A stretch of 32,000 bases of DNA from Ignicoccus islandicus DSM 13165 (lineage in GTDB: Archaea; Thermoproteota; Thermoprotei_A; Sulfolobales; Ignicoccaceae): positions 270,001 through 302,000 of the forward strand of contig NZ_CP006867.1 in NCBI RefSeq assembly GCF_001481685.1, given 5' to 3'. The translations under genes were made by a program, and so were the position numbers. Shown piece after piece: positions 17,928-25,578 of the stretch. The number at the start of each line of letters is the position of its first letter. The stretch's first letter is position 1. The notes beneath the pieces are model-generated. The model ran no database searches, was not told where the DNA came from, and saw nothing but the letters and a program-made list of their open reading frames with translations.

Positions 17928-17955
17928 ATATTCCTTAGTCTTAGTCAAGGAATAT
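17928..17955. promoter_or_regulatory. 9-bp inverted repeat (ATATTCCTT / AAGGAATAT) around a tandem TTAGTC-TTAGTC loop, overlapping a TATA-like AATATAT
   Basis: Read directly from the sequence. It lies 28-55 nt upstream of the possible starts (TTG 17983, ATG 18007) of the next + strand gene. Confidence 0.35.
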
Positions 17956-17982
17956 ATGTGAACCTTCTAAACGCTTAGGGTT

Positions 17983-18606
17983 TTGACTAAAAGCGGGGAC
18001 TCTTCAATGTTCTGTTCCTTGGTTCTTTTGCTTCATAACGTTACTTCACATGGCATTACCCTTCAGTATCTCTGGTTCCAGAACAATACGGTGGCGCTTT
18101 CTCTAACGCTTCCAAATCCATGTTACAAAGTAACCGTCTCTAACTCAACCATAAGCGTTGAGAGGTACGGATTCGCTTGCATTCAAGTACTTCGTAGAGA
18201 CGAGATATTTCTTACCGTTAAAGGTAATGCCACGTTTACGTTGAACTACTTAAATGATTCAATTCAGTTCGGCAAAGCGTATAGGTTTTGTGCAAATAAC
18301 TCGGTTAAGCTAATTGATATTCTCAATTATACTAGCAAATTTGTCAATAAGATGCTTGAACTAAAACTACTCTGTCTAGGATACTCTATCCCAGTTAATT
18401 TACCCGGCCCACCTTTCAAAGCGCCTCCGGTAACTAAATGCGATAGCGTAGTTACAGACGGATCCGCTTGGATCTACGTAAGGGGACCACTTTGCACTAG
18501 ACCTATAGAGGTCCTAGTGAAGGCAAAGGTAAGGATTGCGAAGGTTCCAAGCGGAATGGTACCCTATTTAGAGGTCATTGATGTACTTGGGAGATGGCCT
18601 AGATGA
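17983..18606 (+). CDS. hypothetical secreted protein rich in N-glycosylation sequons
   Basis: 207-aa ORF. The start may instead be ATG 18007 (MFCSLVLLLHNV...). I counted seven NxS/T sequons and several Cys. No family recognised. Confidence 0.45.
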   Translation: MTKSGDSSMFCSLVLLLHNVTSHGITLQYLWFQNNTVALSLTLPNPCYKVTVSNSTISVERYGFACIQVLRRDEIFLTVKGNATFTLNYLNDSIQFGKAYRFCANNSVKLIDILNYTSKFVNKMLELKLLCLGYSIPVNLPGPPFKAPPVTKCDSVVTDGSAWIYVRGPLCTRPIEVLVKAKVRIAKVPSGMVPYLEVIDVLGRWPR

Positions 18607-19075
18607 GGTGACGTATCCCTTGGAGCGCCGTTTGAGGACACCGCCCAAGATAAAGGTATTGGAAGCGCTAGGAGCTATAGCTGATGGAAGGGTCGCACCA
18701 ACTTCAGGCGGATTCAAGGTGAGGTCCAGTACTGGTGAGAGGACTTACGAGGTTTGGGTTGATTTGGAAAGAGGCTTAGTTTGTAGTGACGATAACGGGA
18801 CCAAGTTCAGAGGTTACGTAGGATACCCGATAATTGCCGTTCTAATGCTTAAGGGGAAGCTGCCGTTTAATGAAAAGTTAGCCGAAGCCCTTAAAGGGAT
18901 TCCTTGGAAGAAGCTTAATGAAGAGATGAAGAGCTACTCTAAGGTTATGGAGCTAATTTATGCAATGCTAAGGGATAAAGGAATAGATAGGAGCGAAGTG
19001 GATGAATTCGTCAATGAAGTAATTAGTTCCTTGAAGAAACTAAAACTTAAGAAAGTCTGTCCCGAGAATAAGTAG
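18578..19075 (+). CDS. hypothetical protein (165 aa), possibly with a degenerate SWIM-like fold
   Basis: TTG at 18578 is followed immediately by ATG at 18581. The segment YEVWVDLERGLVCSDDNGTKFRGYVGYPIIAVLM has the spacing of a SWIM element but lacks its Cys/His ligands. The C-terminal half is helical. Confidence 0.55.
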   Translation: MMYLGDGLDEVTYPLERRLRTPPKIKVLEALGAIADGRVAPTSGGFKVRSSTGERTYEVWVDLERGLVCSDDNGTKFRGYVGYPIIAVLMLKGKLPFNEKLAEALKGIPWKKLNEEMKSYSKVMELIYAMLRDKGIDRSEVDEFVNEVISSLKKLKLKKVCPENK

Positions 19076-19260
19076 TTTCACCTCTTCGCAACCACTTCTA
19101 TGAACTTTTCCAACAGTTTGTTGTTAGTTTCCAATTGGGCGCTCAGCTTGCCCATGCTCACTTTCAGTTCCTCGATCGAGGTCTCCATTTCACTAAACAT
19201 GGAATAATCCTCGCGCCATGTCTTTGTTGAGGATAAAATTTAGACGAAGTAGAGTTCATT

Positions 19261-19325
19261 GGCTTAATCAATGTTCTTAAAGAGACTCAGAATGATGAAA
19301 AAGGTGAAAAGGCTTAATATGTTTT
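19261..19325 (+). repeat. direct repeat GGCTTAAT(C)A(A)TGTT occurring twice, 50 nt apart, upstream of csx1
   Basis: GGCTTAATCAATGTT starts at 19261 and GGCTTAATATGTTTT starts at 19311, read directly. A second pair, TAATCGA at 19371 and 19381, sits next to the TATA-like CTTATAAT. Confidence 0.5.
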
Positions 19326-19410
19326 AGAGTTAATTATCCAGCCAGCAGAGTTTGCCGAAGCCATAACTTATAATCGAGAATAATCGATAGTAGGAAACGG
19401 ATGATGATGA

Positions 19411-21000
19411 TTGAGCCTGTTGGTCATATCGACATGGGGATTTTCGGGAAGCTGGAAGAGAGTTACTTACCGATTAGACGACCTACGGAAGGTTCTCGAA
19501 ACTCCGTTATCTTCTGAAGTCATTTCATGTAATGTACTGAAACTTTTTAAAGGAGAGAATATAAGGAGAGTAATACTCCTACCGATAACGCTCCTTGATA
19601 CCAAAGTCAACAACTTCGAGGAAGCAGAAGATGTGATACGGAATTCGATTATTGCATCGAATCCTGATGACAATTGCAAGAGAGATTTAGAAGAAATTCT
19701 ACACGATTCCCAAGTAAAAGTAGTCTTGGGTAGTGGGTATTTCCTTTCGAATACAAATCTTAATGAATTTATTGTGCCTTTTAGTAGCGTGTTGTCTGAC
19801 ATATACTTGAAAATATATGAGAGCTTGGAGGAAGCATATAACAATCCAAGGAGCGAGCTCAGAATTATTCTAGATATAACTCACGGCGTTAATTACTATC
19901 CAGTAAGTTTGAGAGCAGTAGTTGAGAAAATGTTAGCAATTATGAGTCATAGGGGAAGAACCAAGTTATACGTTGCTTCGAGCGATCCATTTATATCCTC
20001 ACGTAATAGTCAAAGCAAAGATATTGAAAAAAAGGTACTTAAGTATCACATAATTGAATGGAGAGAATTTCCGAAATCGAAAGTATTTTCGATGACCTCT
20101 AACATCAAACTTAAAAGCATTGTAAGGAGTCGCGACGAATTAAACACTCAACTTAGAGGGCTTAAGAGTATAGTAAAATACATAAAGCTATTAGAGGTCC
20201 CAAGCATCCTTGCGTGGAGTTATCTTAAGTATAAATTATATGAACCATTGAATAAGTGCGATAAAAATAGCATAGATAAGGCTAAGGAACTACTGGAAGA
20301 GATCAAGAAAGAAGCTAAACGGTTTAGTATCGAAGGGAATAAGTTTATTTTCCCAAAGGAATTCGACCCTGAGGGTATATTCGATTTAATATCGTTAATT
20401 GAAATTGGAAGAGCTCTCAGTGACTTAAATGGAAAAATTGAGGATAACCTATACGTAGTAAATCTCAAAGATTTGAAGAGTTATAATGAAAGGTATAGCG
20501 AATACATGGAAGCAGTATCTAAACATCTTTGGAAGAAGGAATTCGATGATTTGGTGAGAGCAGTTGAGCTATACCGAGAAAGGATACTTGATGCTAATGA
20601 AGCCCTAGAGGTAATTCCACTTAATGGTATCGAAAAGCTAGAACTTGATAATATTTTGATAGACAAGTTAAAGAAAATGGAAAAGAGGAAGATCCAAAGA
20701 AAGTTAGAGGAACTACGTAGTCTAATCTCGATGGGGTGGCTTCCATACTCGTTCCTTAAAGTTGAAGCTAGAAAGAAGAACGGTGAAGATAAGGACGAGA
20801 GCAAGGACAAGGAATACTTACTGAAAGAACTTATAAAAGAAGCGCTATGGTGGGCTGTCTGGGATAACTCACTTAACGAGAATTACGTAAGAAACTTCAT
20901 AGCTCATGCAGGCCTAGAGAAGAACCTAACTTTCGTGAGTAGCGAGAGCGTTGGTTACTATATTCCATACCTCGAGCAAATAATAAGTATTATGAAATGA
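19411..21000 (+). CDS. csx1: Csx1-family CARF/HEPN protein (cyclic-oligoadenylate-activated RNase type)
   Basis: The N-terminal LLVISTWG.. strand is typical of the CARF Rossmann-like fold. The C-terminal RNFIAHAG (nt 20890-20907) is the Csx1/Csm6 HEPN R-N-x3-H motif. It sits directly upstream of the cmr genes. Only TTG/CTG starts are available after the in-frame TGA at 19408. Confidence 0.8.
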   Translation: MSLLVISTWGFSGSWKRVTYRLDDLRKVLETPLSSEVISCNVLKLFKGENIRRVILLPITLLDTKVNNFEEAEDVIRNSIIASNPDDNCKRDLEEILHDSQVKVVLGSGYFLSNTNLNEFIVPFSSVLSDIYLKIYESLEEAYNNPRSELRIILDITHGVNYYPVSLRAVVEKMLAIMSHRGRTKLYVASSDPFISSRNSQSKDIEKKVLKYHIIEWREFPKSKVFSMTSNIKLKSIVRSRDELNTQLRGLKSIVKYIKLLEVPSILAWSYLKYKLYEPLNKCDKNSIDKAKELLEEIKKEAKRFSIEGNKFIFPKEFDPEGIFDLISLIEIGRALSDLNGKIEDNLYVVNLKDLKSYNERYSEYMEAVSKHLWKKEFDDLVRAVELYRERILDANEALEVIPLNGIEKLELDNILIDKLKKMEKRKIQRKLEELRSLISMGWLPYSFLKVEARKKNGEDKDESKDKEYLLKELIKEALWWAVWDNSLNENYVRNFIAHAGLEKNLTFVSSESVGYYIPYLEQIISIMK

Positions 21001-21089
21001 CGCAGAATCTTTGCATACTGCTCAAATGAGCTTGAGATAAGTCGAAAGTTGAATAACGCGGTTCATATACAAATCATGGGGATGAGTTC

Positions 21090-22607
21090 GTGGATTTAAC
21101 CCAGGAGGTTACAAGGAATTTCAATACATCTTTGTGGAGAGAATTAGGGAAGTTTACGAACTATACCCCCTTGATGGTGGGGGATTGGAAAGGCGATACC
21201 TATACTAAGGTTGGGAACAATAGAATTGTTACTGGAATACCTCGAGCTCAAGCACTCTTAAGTAGGGCACGTTATGCTACTACTTTAGCCCTAAGTTCCT
21301 ATTTAACGAATCCAAAGAGTTTCAATGAAGTATACGAAAAGGTGAAAGTAAAGAGTACAGTCGGAGCAATACCACTTCTATGTTTAATATACGGCTGTTC
21401 AGAGCCTCCCTTTTCATCACTGTTTAAGTTATCCCTCTCTGTTAATGTCAAGAAATGGAATGCATGGAATCCCGCTTACGCGAAGGCGAATAGATATCAC
21501 GCAATAATTTCGAGAGGCGAAAGAAGATACTCAAGGGGTCTAAAAAGTCCTTTGATTCCTGGAGCTATTGAAGTGGAAGTAAAGTATTTAATTGATAGTA
21601 ACAGAGCCAAAGCTTTAGGGTTGTCGGAAGATATTATAGATAGCATAAGAAACATCTTCGAATATAGCCTTAAAGTTGCACTGGTAGTCTTGGGTTTAGG
21701 AAAGGGGTCTAGTAGGGGGTTCGGTAAGTTCTGGTATAATGATAGAGGTCCTGCATGTAGAGATATTAAGGAGTTACTTGACGGATTGTTACTAGAGATC
21801 GAACATATACTTAAATACTTAATGAGTAAAGATCTACTAGTCAGTAAAGACATTCTCCTCAAACCTCTCAGTACAGAAACTATTGAAAGGAATAGAATGA
21901 TCCCCTTCTTCAAGAAGCCAGATGAACTTTGTAGTAATAAATTGTTCGTACGGAACGCGAGTGATTACGGAAGGAAAATAGAACTAATAGCTAAAGCTGT
22001 GTTAAAAGCCAATTGGAAAAAGGCGTCTCGTAGGAAGGGGTCTGGAAGCAACTTCCATACCTGGCCTCTAGGTCTACCCCGATCGTCTTCGATAAAGTGT
22101 ACTTGCAATGGTAAAGTGTATGAAAAAAGGAAGTATGGTTACTTGGTTTCCACAATAGCCATAGCTGATCTATATTGTGAAAATTTCTGTAAGTCTTTCG
22201 AAAGCGTAAGCGCAACTGATGCCAGAAGGGTCTCAATGATACATTTCGTTCCAACGTTAGACGGAATAGTAATACTTCCCCTTTTCGACTATTCCTTACT
22301 CCCTTTAATAAAGGGGGATAAGGGGAGGACCATTTATCATGTAAGTGGTAAATTCATGAAACATGAGAAGGTAAAAATACATTGCGACAGAACGTTTGTA
22401 AAACTAAAGAACGTTCTTATGAATAATAAACCCAAATCATCCTATCGAGGAGGTAATTGTTCTAAACCAACTTACGGTATATCTTTACCCCCGAACTCCC
22501 ATGGATTATTCCAAACCGAACCTAAGAGTATCGAAGATGCTTACGTAACAGCGCTCAACGCAGCTTTGCAATGGGTAATTTACATACTCAAGAATCCGCT
22601 GCTTTAA
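21090..22607 (+). CDS. cmr1: Cmr1-like RAMP protein (two RRM/RAMP halves)
   Basis: GTG start. The N-terminus has YTPLMVGDW ... GIPRAQALLSRARY, resembling the Cmr1 TPLf.gG ... iRG.lRfW pattern. It has a glycine-rich loop (LGLGKGSSRGFGKFW). The second half has WPLGLPRSS ... ARRVSMIHFVP, resembling fGLP ... R.aSPl. Location in a cmr cluster supports the call. Confidence 0.6.
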   Translation: MDLTQEVTRNFNTSLWRELGKFTNYTPLMVGDWKGDTYTKVGNNRIVTGIPRAQALLSRARYATTLALSSYLTNPKSFNEVYEKVKVKSTVGAIPLLCLIYGCSEPPFSSLFKLSLSVNVKKWNAWNPAYAKANRYHAIISRGERRYSRGLKSPLIPGAIEVEVKYLIDSNRAKALGLSEDIIDSIRNIFEYSLKVALVVLGLGKGSSRGFGKFWYNDRGPACRDIKELLDGLLLEIEHILKYLMSKDLLVSKDILLKPLSTETIERNRMIPFFKKPDELCSNKLFVRNASDYGRKIELIAKAVLKANWKKASRRKGSGSNFHTWPLGLPRSSSIKCTCNGKVYEKRKYGYLVSTIAIADLYCENFCKSFESVSATDARRVSMIHFVPTLDGIVILPLFDYSLLPLIKGDKGRTIYHVSGKFMKHEKVKIHCDRTFVKLKNVLMNNKPKSSYRGGNCSKPTYGISLPPNSHGLFQTEPKSIEDAYVTALNAALQWVIYILKNPLL

Positions 22608-22656
22608 TTTGTCCACACAACGTAAATGACTGAAAAAATCTTTATTTAGAGTCAGC

Positions 22657-22663
22657 TTTATAA
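22657..22663 (+). promoter_or_regulatory. TATA box candidate (TTTATAA) upstream of the P-loop NTPase ORF
   Basis: GCTTTATAAGTAG lies 35-41 nt upstream of the GTG at 22698, within an A/T-rich intergenic spacer. Confidence 0.35.
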
Positions 22664-22697
22664 GTAGAATATAGATCTTCTCTATAGGGTTACTAAA

Positions 22698-23327
22698 GTG
22701 GCCAATAACGAACGCTTTAAAAAGTCTTTTACACCATGGATTCCGGATAAGGACACGTTCAAATGTCTCGAAAATACACGAGAAGAGTTACGTGAATTAA
22801 TTCAAGCAATACGTGACTTTTACGATGATTCAAGGGAGTACTTTAACGAATATATCGGGACGGGTGAATCAGAAACAGAAAGACTGATCAATAACTATAA
22901 AAAGTTATGCAGATACATCGAGTCAAGATCCAACGCCATATTCGTACATGGTCCGCCCGGAAGTGGAAAATCCACAATAATGGGTCACGCCTTGTGGTAT
23001 CTCTCAATTAATGAGGATTCGAGGTTTTCTGAACATCCGATTAATGTCCCGTTATATCTCCTCGGGATTCTTGATATAAGCTTACTACCCCCAAACGATA
23101 CCCTAATGCAATGGCTCTTTACACTGTTAGAAGAAAATACTAGGGAATTGATCGAACGTTACAATAAACTTGGCTATACTCGAGAAGAAGATATAGAGAA
23201 TATGAAAGAACTCAAAAGACATCTTAATAGTTTGAAGAAATATTTCCCATTCTTTGAAACGGGAATTGTAGACCTAGCAAAGTTTTTCTCGACGGATATA
23301 GAGGAATTGGAAGAGGTTGTTCAATAA
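22698..23327 (+). CDS. P-loop NTPase, apparently truncated (Walker A only clearly visible), embedded in the cmr cluster
   Basis: GTG start and Walker A VHGPPGSGKST. The N-terminal ~85 aa and the C-terminal part are helical. I could not identify a clear Walker B or arginine finger before the TAA at 23325. The same frame stays open for 44 more codons after that stop. Confidence 0.6.
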   Translation: MANNERFKKSFTPWIPDKDTFKCLENTREELRELIQAIRDFYDDSREYFNEYIGTGESETERLINNYKKLCRYIESRSNAIFVHGPPGSGKSTIMGHALWYLSINEDSRFSEHPINVPLYLLGILDISLLPPNDTLMQWLFTLLEENTRELIERYNKLGYTREEDIENMKELKRHLNSLKKYFPFFETGIVDLAKFFSTDIEELEEVVQ

Positions 23328-23541
23328 ATTCTACGCTCAGGGTACGATATAAGACCTACAGAGTTCCTGAAGGCCCTAATTTTCTGCAGAATAATTTCAT
23401 TAGATCCTTTTACGATATGTCTATTTACCATAAGGAGTGAAGGCCTCGACAAGGTCGCATGAACCTACATCAATATTCACTTAAAATGATATAATAGACC
23501 TTTGGTCAAGATTACATCATATCAATTCCTTAAGGACCATT

Positions 23542-24000
23542 TTGATCAATGCAATGTATCCTTCAACTCTATTAATAAGTGAATTGAATATCGATCTCAA
23601 ACGTTTGCTCGGAACGCCGACTTACGTACCTGAACACATAATAAACCTTGCAAGAGAATACTTCCGGTTTTATAACAAACACTTTGACAGGTTAGATCTC
23701 ATAGAATTTATCACTAAGGATGGACAAATTGAGAGAACCAAAATTAAACGAATACTAGAAACGCTTAGATCCAAAATGATTAGTGAACTAAAAAAGAGAA
23801 ACATAGTAATAGAATCTTGCCCTACCTCCAACATGGTAATTACGTGGCAATTAGGTGAACATCCACTTGAGTGCTTCCTCAAAGAGGGCCTTAGAGTAGT
23901 AATTGGTACTGATGATCCAATGGTCTTGAATACCGATATACTATCGGAACTGGCTCTAGCTAAAGCATTAAGAACCCGTAGTTTAAATTTAACATTATAA
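23542..24000 (+). CDS. adenosine/AMP deaminase-family C-terminal fragment (probable gene remnant or degenerate domain)
   Basis: IVIESCPTSN ... EHPL..FLKEGLRVVIGTDDP matches the late motifs of the adenosine deaminase family (E.CP.SN, HP, and NTDDP with the Zn/catalytic Asp pair). The ORF is only 152 aa with a TTG start. The N-terminal HxH and the HAGE and RIGHG motifs are absent. Confidence 0.55.
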   Translation: MINAMYPSTLLISELNIDLKRLLGTPTYVPEHIINLAREYFRFYNKHFDRLDLIEFITKDGQIERTKIKRILETLRSKMISELKKRNIVIESCPTSNMVITWQLGEHPLECFLKEGLRVVIGTDDPMVLNTDILSELALAKALRTRSLNLTL

Positions 24001-24068
24001 AATACTCAGCAATAGGATAAGCATTATAACGTCTGAGAATTAGGAGTAACCTCGGGTGTAATCTCTCA

Positions 24069-24938
24069 TTGAAAAACTTTGAGGATAAAGTTCTGCCAGC
24101 ATTAATGAGTGCAATTACCCACGTTCACGTTGGTTCTGGAAAAAGCTACGGTGATGTAGATCAACCAATAATTAGGGATCCCCTTGGAGTACCTTTCATA
24201 CCCGGTTCTTCCATAAAAGGAGCTCTCAAATCGAAGTTCCTAATTGAGAAGAATTGCGTAGAGAAGTGTAATGGGGACTGCGAGCAAGAGGAGAAATGTG
24301 AAGAGGAATGTTATCAAGTGTATTGCCTTTTCGGACCTGAAAGAGGAGATAAGGGGGCATCTAGAATAGTTGTTGCAGACTTCTATCCTCTTTTCGTTCC
24401 TATGCCATCGCTAAGTAGCGGATACGTTTACGTAACATCGAATTTCCTTTTGCAATATGCAGAAACTCTTAACGTTAAATTGGTAGAAGGGAAAGGAGAG
24501 AGTGAGGAAATATTCATTGGAACCCAGAAGATCAAAGCTGAAGTGGTTAGAATCAATGAACGTATCATAGAGATTCATCCATTTCTAAAGAATTTCTATA
24601 GAAAGGCGGACGGTAAGGGATACGTAACGGTGTACAAGATCAACGACAAGCATCTATTCCACCTCATAGATAGAGCGCTATTAAGACTCACGAGAGTTAA
24701 GATAGAGAGGACTACGAAGACTGCCGAACGTAATAAACTTTGGACTGAGGAATACCTACCTCACGGAACCATTCTGGTGGGCGCCTTCGTATACAGACCT
24801 TGGAGAAATGCTTGCTGCGAAAAATGCAAACATTGCGAGAACCTCTTAGAAGAGTTGAATGACATATTCTTCGTAGTTGGTGGTAAGGAAACGATTGGCA
24901 AGGGCTTGGCTAGAATCAAAGTAATGGAGGGAGCATAG
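24069..24938 (+). CDS. cmr4: Cmr4 (Cas7-family RAMP, backbone/target-cleaving subunit)
   Basis: ITHVHVGSGKSYGDVDQPIIRDPLGVPFIPGSSIKGALKS matches the Cmr4 tPlHvGsG...D.Pv.rd...P.ipgSSlKGalR pattern. It also has LFG ... IVVADFYPLFVPMPS ... YVYVTS and a C-terminal GGKETIGKG loop. TTG start. Confidence 0.85.
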   Translation: MKNFEDKVLPALMSAITHVHVGSGKSYGDVDQPIIRDPLGVPFIPGSSIKGALKSKFLIEKNCVEKCNGDCEQEEKCEEECYQVYCLFGPERGDKGASRIVVADFYPLFVPMPSLSSGYVYVTSNFLLQYAETLNVKLVEGKGESEEIFIGTQKIKAEVVRINERIIEIHPFLKNFYRKADGKGYVTVYKINDKHLFHLIDRALLRLTRVKIERTTKTAERNKLWTEEYLPHGTILVGAFVYRPWRNACCEKCKHCENLLEELNDIFFVVGGKETIGKGLARIKVMEGA

Positions 24939-24939
24939 A

Positions 24940-25578
24940 ATGAGCGAAACGATAGCGACGGTAGCTAATCCCATGAAGTTAGCGCTAACTCACATTCTGA
25001 AAATAGAACGCCTTAGGAAGGAGTACCTTGAGAAACAGTTAGTGGAGGACAGCGAAAAGCTTGATCTCGGGGGATTCGTTACTCGAATGAAGCAATATCC
25101 GTCGCTCTTGATGAGTTCCGGTTTAGTAACTTCAGTAAGCTTCTATATATCGAAAATTGAAAAAGAGAAAGGATCCGGTGAAGCATTGAGACTTCTTTAC
25201 GAATACCTCACTACTAATCGCGATGAAAGTCATGAAGACGAAGAAAGATCAGTACTTGAAAAGTTGACTACTAGCGAATCAGTGAGGAAAGCAATTCTTA
25301 GTGAAATGAAGAGCGACGCGAAGGGGTACCTAATTGCATCAGCATTGCTAATAGCAGCTATAAGCGAGTTCTCACGGGCGATAGGCCTTGAATTGCCCGA
25401 TGAGGGAGAATTCCTAACGAAATTCATTGAATTCTTAAAGGAATTACTTGAGGACACATCGTTAGAAAATCTAATTCTATTAGAAAACTTGATGAGGGAG
25501 TACTCCATTGAGGTAAAGAGGCTTGTAGAGGCTTATAAGTCAATTGTATGGGAGGGTAAAGATAATGGAAAGGCCTGA
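24940..25578 (+). CDS. cmr5: Cmr5 (Cas11-type small subunit)
   Basis: All-helical 212-aa protein. Its ATG is one nt after the cmr4 stop. KQYPSLLMSSGLVTSVSFYISK resembles the Cmr5 lp.li...GL.qalafl motif. It lies between cmr4 and cmr6. Confidence 0.75.
   Translation: MSETIATVANPMKLALTHILKIERLRKEYLEKQLVEDSEKLDLGGFVTRMKQYPSLLMSSGLVTSVSFYISKIEKEKGSGEALRLLYEYLTTNRDESHEDEERSVLEKLTTSESVRKAILSEMKSDAKGYLIASALLIAAISEFSRAIGLELPDEGEFLTKFIEFLKELLEDTSLENLILLENLMREYSIEVKRLVEAYKSIVWEGKDNGKA

Noticed and set aside
19467-20810. Minus-strand ORFs (125, 82 and 109 aa) inside csx1, and similar ones inside the cmr1, cmr5/6 and cas10 genes (21497-21913, 21991-22254, 25230-25788, 25879-26076, 27813-28004, 28326-28556, 29406-29720)
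   Set aside because: All are antisense to cas genes supported by family motifs. Their Ser/Leu/Ile/Phe-rich composition is typical of the complement of A/T-rich Lys/Glu/Asn-rich genes.
23412-23447. FTIRSEG in the post-stop extension as a mutated HAGE motif of the deaminase
   Set aside because: The resemblance (TIHAGE versus TIRSEG) needs four substitutions in six residues. It also sits in a different frame from the deaminase ORF, which is too weak to claim.
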